Below are positions 63,440-64,000 of a stretch of 64,000 nucleotides of DNA, piece by piece. The notes beneath the pieces are model-generated. The model saw only the letters and a program-made list of their open reading frames with translations. It was not told where the DNA came from and searched no databases. Origin of the DNA: Magallana gigas (taxonomy: Eukaryota); contig NC_088854.1 of assembly GCF_963853765.1 (NCBI RefSeq), positions 3,348,001-3,412,000 on the forward strand, given 5' to 3'. A program made the translations under genes and the position numbers. Every line of letters starts with the position of its first letter. The first letter of the stretch is position 1.

Positions 63440-64000
63440 TTCATACTTTATTTCCCTCATATGAGGATTATTTCAGAACATACAATTATAAATACATGCA
63501 ACACCTATAATTATAAGACAAAGCATAAGAGTATTTACATATATACTAATAATTAAAAAAAAGGGGGAGGGGGTCCTACACGGGGTACGGGGCACACACA
63601 TACACAGGTTATGCTGCTAACATTCGGTTAGGTTGAGGGTCCGATTGTAGCGTGCAGCAGTGTCTCTGATGTAACGAAAGTTAAATATACGAATTGCACG
63701 TAGATCTTTTTCTGACAACCATGTGAAATATTTCCCACCTAGAAGGAAGAAAAATATATCATCCTCAGTCATGGCACACAGGTCCGCGGAGAGGTGATTA
63801 TCAAAGGAGTTGGTGATTTGATCCCACCAGTATGTACGTAAGTCATTAGTAGAGGGGCAGGAACAAGCGATATGTTGAAAAACGTCTTACAAACATGGTG
63901 TTGCATAGTCTGCAGATAAAGGGAGTCTGTTCCGGAGGGCAAGCTATAAGCTTGCAGATAAATTTACAAAGAGAGATTTCGTATGAGTTGGACGGAATAG
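63440..64000 (-). mobile_element. Decayed 3' end of a non-LTR retrotransposon (LINE ORF2 C-terminus plus 3' UTR), running off the window
   Basis: Minus strand reads ...ICRLCNTMF, then a frameshift, then DVFQHIACSCPSTNDLRTYWWDQITNSF...FFFLLGG...* (63886-63617). This reconstructs a CxxC-H-C zinc knuckle typical of LINE ORF2 C-termini. The 3' tail has palindrome CCTCATATGAGG followed by AATAAAG. Confidence 0.62.

Overview
AT-rich, intron-containing animal genomic DNA. The repeat landscape (Helitron-type non-autonomous elements carrying ~168-bp satellite units, TTAA- and TA-flanked MITEs) and the genes point to a bivalve, probably an oyster (inference). (1) 1-15,482 is the right-hand end of a head-to-tail array of ~4,015-bp units (at least 4 copies; the left end is outside the window). 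Each unit carries an intact TATA-driven 3-exon gene encoding a 478-aa protein: VWA domain, Lys-rich linker, and a C-terminal domain I recognise as resembling the GIY-YIG-like domain of plant EFFECTOR OF TRANSCRIPTION (ET/HRT) proteins. This is the standout system. (2) 16.8-18.9 kb: secreted four-EF-hand protein gene (157 aa). (3) 19-41 kb: mostly non-coding, with minisatellites, MITEs, (TA)n tracts and decayed coding-like patches. (4) 41,070-48,594 (-): complete 13-coding-exon WDR46/UTP7 gene (654 aa). (5) 52,782-60,585 (+): 6-exon coiled-coil gene (343 aa) with a divergent Mieap-like C-terminal domain, whose introns are full of hairpin elements. (6) The end of the window holds two copies of a hairpin element and the decayed 3' end of a LINE. 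There are two assembly gaps. All gene models were spliced by hand. Domain assignments rest on motif recognition from memory and have not been checked against any database.
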